Part shown: piece by piece, positions 4,129 through 5,130 of the stretch
How positions within the stretch are numbered: the first letter of the stretch is position 1
Layout of the letters: the number at the start of each line of letters is the position of its first letter
Source: a virus
IMG/VR virus record: IMGVR_UViG_3300017735_001422
Direction: 5' to 3' (one strand)
Length of the DNA: 5,130 nucleotides
Program-made: the position numbers and the translations under genes
Notes under the pieces: generated by a model
Told to the model about the DNA's origin: nothing
Database searches by the model: none
The model's input: only the letters and a program-made list of their open reading frames with translations

Positions 4129-5108
4129 TGTGTTTATATCCGAAACTGATAAAGAATAGGAAATATGTAGCGAACAAAAAAAATAAGGGAGTAATCCCTG
4201 AAGCAGTAGATAAGCGGGTACTGTATGTACCCGTGGGCTGTGGAAAATGTATGGAATGTAGAAAACAAAAAGCAAGACAATGGCAAGTAAGACTACAAGA
4301 AGACATAAGAGTAAATAAAAATGGAAAGTTCGTGACGTATACGTTCAGCGAAAGAGAGTTACAAAAATTAGATAACGAAATAAAAGGATTAAAAGGATAT
4401 GATAGAGACAATGAAATATGCAGACTAGCAGTAAGAAGGTACACGGAAAGGTGGCGGAAGAAGTATGGGAAAACATTAAGACACTGGTTAGTGACAGAAT
4501 TGGGACAACAAAACACAGAAAGAGTGCATATACACGGTATTGTATGGACAGACGAAGTGAAGGATATAAAAGAGAAATGGAACTATGGTTGGGTGTGGAT
4601 TGGAAACTATGTGAGTGCGAAAACGATAAACTATATTGTGAAATATGTAAATAAAGTAGATGAAAAACATAAGGAATATAATAGTAAAATATATACAAGT
4701 AAAGGTATTGGACGGAATTATATGGAACGAAGAGATGTCGAAAGAAATAAGTATAGAGCAGGAGAAACTATCGAGACGTACAAAACAAGACAAGGAATAG
4801 AAATAGCCTTACCGATATATTATCGGAATAAGATCTATAAAGATGATGAGAAAGAAGCGTTATGGTTAGAGAAACTAGATGAAGGTGTGAGATACGTGAA
4901 TGGAATAAAGGTAGATATAAAGGAAGGAGAAGAAGAATATTATAAACTACTAGAACAAGAACGTAAGAAGAATAAACGCTTAGGATATGGAGATGACAGT
5001 AGAAACTGGGAATTAAAAAAGTACGAGAACGAAAGAAGAAACTTAAAGAAGTTAGAGAGGATACAAAAACTGTATGGAGTGAAACCTATTAATGAGCCAC
5101 AAATGTAA
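4128..5108 (+). CDS. VP4: Rolling-circle replication initiator VP4 (HUH endonuclease, phiX174 A-like).
   Basis: This 326-aa protein has the N-terminal MCLYP...VPVGCGKCMECRKQKARQWQVRL block typical of microvirus VP4. The HUH motif is RVHIHGIVW, with HIH encoded at 4527..4535. The two-tyrosine motif is NYIVKYVNK, with Tyr codons at 4632..4634 and 4644..4646. Its start codon overlaps the VP2 stop (TAATG at 4126..4130). Confidence 0.93.
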   Translation: MCLYPKLIKNRKYVANKKNKGVIPEAVDKRVLYVPVGCGKCMECRKQKARQWQVRLQEDIRVNKNGKFVTYTFSERELQKLDNEIKGLKGYDRDNEICRLAVRRYTERWRKKYGKTLRHWLVTELGQQNTERVHIHGIVWTDEVKDIKEKWNYGWVWIGNYVSAKTINYIVKYVNKVDEKHKEYNSKIYTSKGIGRNYMERRDVERNKYRAGETIETYKTRQGIEIALPIYYRNKIYKDDEKEALWLEKLDEGVRYVNGIKVDIKEGEEEYYKLLEQERKKNKRLGYGDDSRNWELKKYENERRNLKKLERIQKLYGVKPINEPQM

Positions 5109-5130
5109 AATTTGTTCCTCAAAATAGGGA
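5008..5130. repeat. Terminal direct repeat, copy 2 (identical to 1..123).
   Basis: Same comparison as for copy 1. This copy contains the authentic end of VP4 (stop at 5106..5108) and the first 22 nt of non-coding region 1. Confidence 0.95.

Noticed and set aside
647-5122. Twelve minus-strand ORFs in the supplied track (647..865, 1444..1950, 2389..2607, 2630..2947, 2773..3072, 2868..3167, 3302..4021, 3825..4037, 4046..4516, 4345..4698, 4488..4793 and 4940..5122).
   Set aside because: All translate to Leu/Phe/Ser/Tyr-rich low-complexity strings. That is the expected by-product of reading the complement of an A-rich coding strand, because stop codons need A on that strand and it is T-rich. Each lies antisense to a well-supported + strand gene, and Microviridae encode all genes on one strand.
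1-5130. Searched by eye for tRNA, rRNA, CRISPR arrays, transposase or integrase genes, and defence or toxin-antitoxin modules.
   Set aside because: There are no spaced direct repeats and no cloverleaf-capable G+C-rich segments. No ORFs have recombinase, nuclease-defence or toxin-like motifs. The coding capacity is fully used by the microvirus gene set plus small unknown ORFs.

Overview
This window is a complete, circularly permuted ssDNA phage genome of the family Microviridae. It is not a piece of a bacterial chromosome. Bases 1..123 are identical to 5008..5130, so the true unit is a 5007-nt circle that was linearised inside the replication-initiator gene. All credible genes are on the + strand and form two tightly packed blocks. 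Block 1 (296..3180) holds two or three small overlapping ORFs, then the 669-aa major capsid protein VP1 (phiX174 F-like), then a 114-aa ORF of unknown function. Block 2 (3304..5108) holds the VP2 DNA-pilot protein (H-like; AGLNP motif, Gly tract, long helical tail), joined by a TAATG overlap to the VP4 rolling-circle replication initiator (A-like; CxxCxxC, HIH and YxxKY motifs). Two non-coding regions separate the blocks. NCR1 (102..295) contains a GC-containing hairpin, a sigma70-like promoter candidate and a stretch resembling the phiX174 origin core. NCR2 (3181..3303) contains a long bulged hairpin that looks like an intrinsic terminator, plus a second small hairpin. The + strand is strongly purine- and A-rich and C-poor. 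Every minus-strand ORF in the track is therefore a Leu/Phe-rich artefact. The VP1 N-terminus and the near absence of Shine-Dalgarno sequences suggest an Alpavirinae-like, Bacteroidota-associated gut or environmental microvirus, but this is inference from memory of those families. I see no defence system, CRISPR array, tRNA or transposon. The unexplained content is the small-ORF chain upstream of VP1, the 114-aa ORF, a possible overprinted ORF inside VP4, and the structured non-coding regions. No lysis gene is recognisable.
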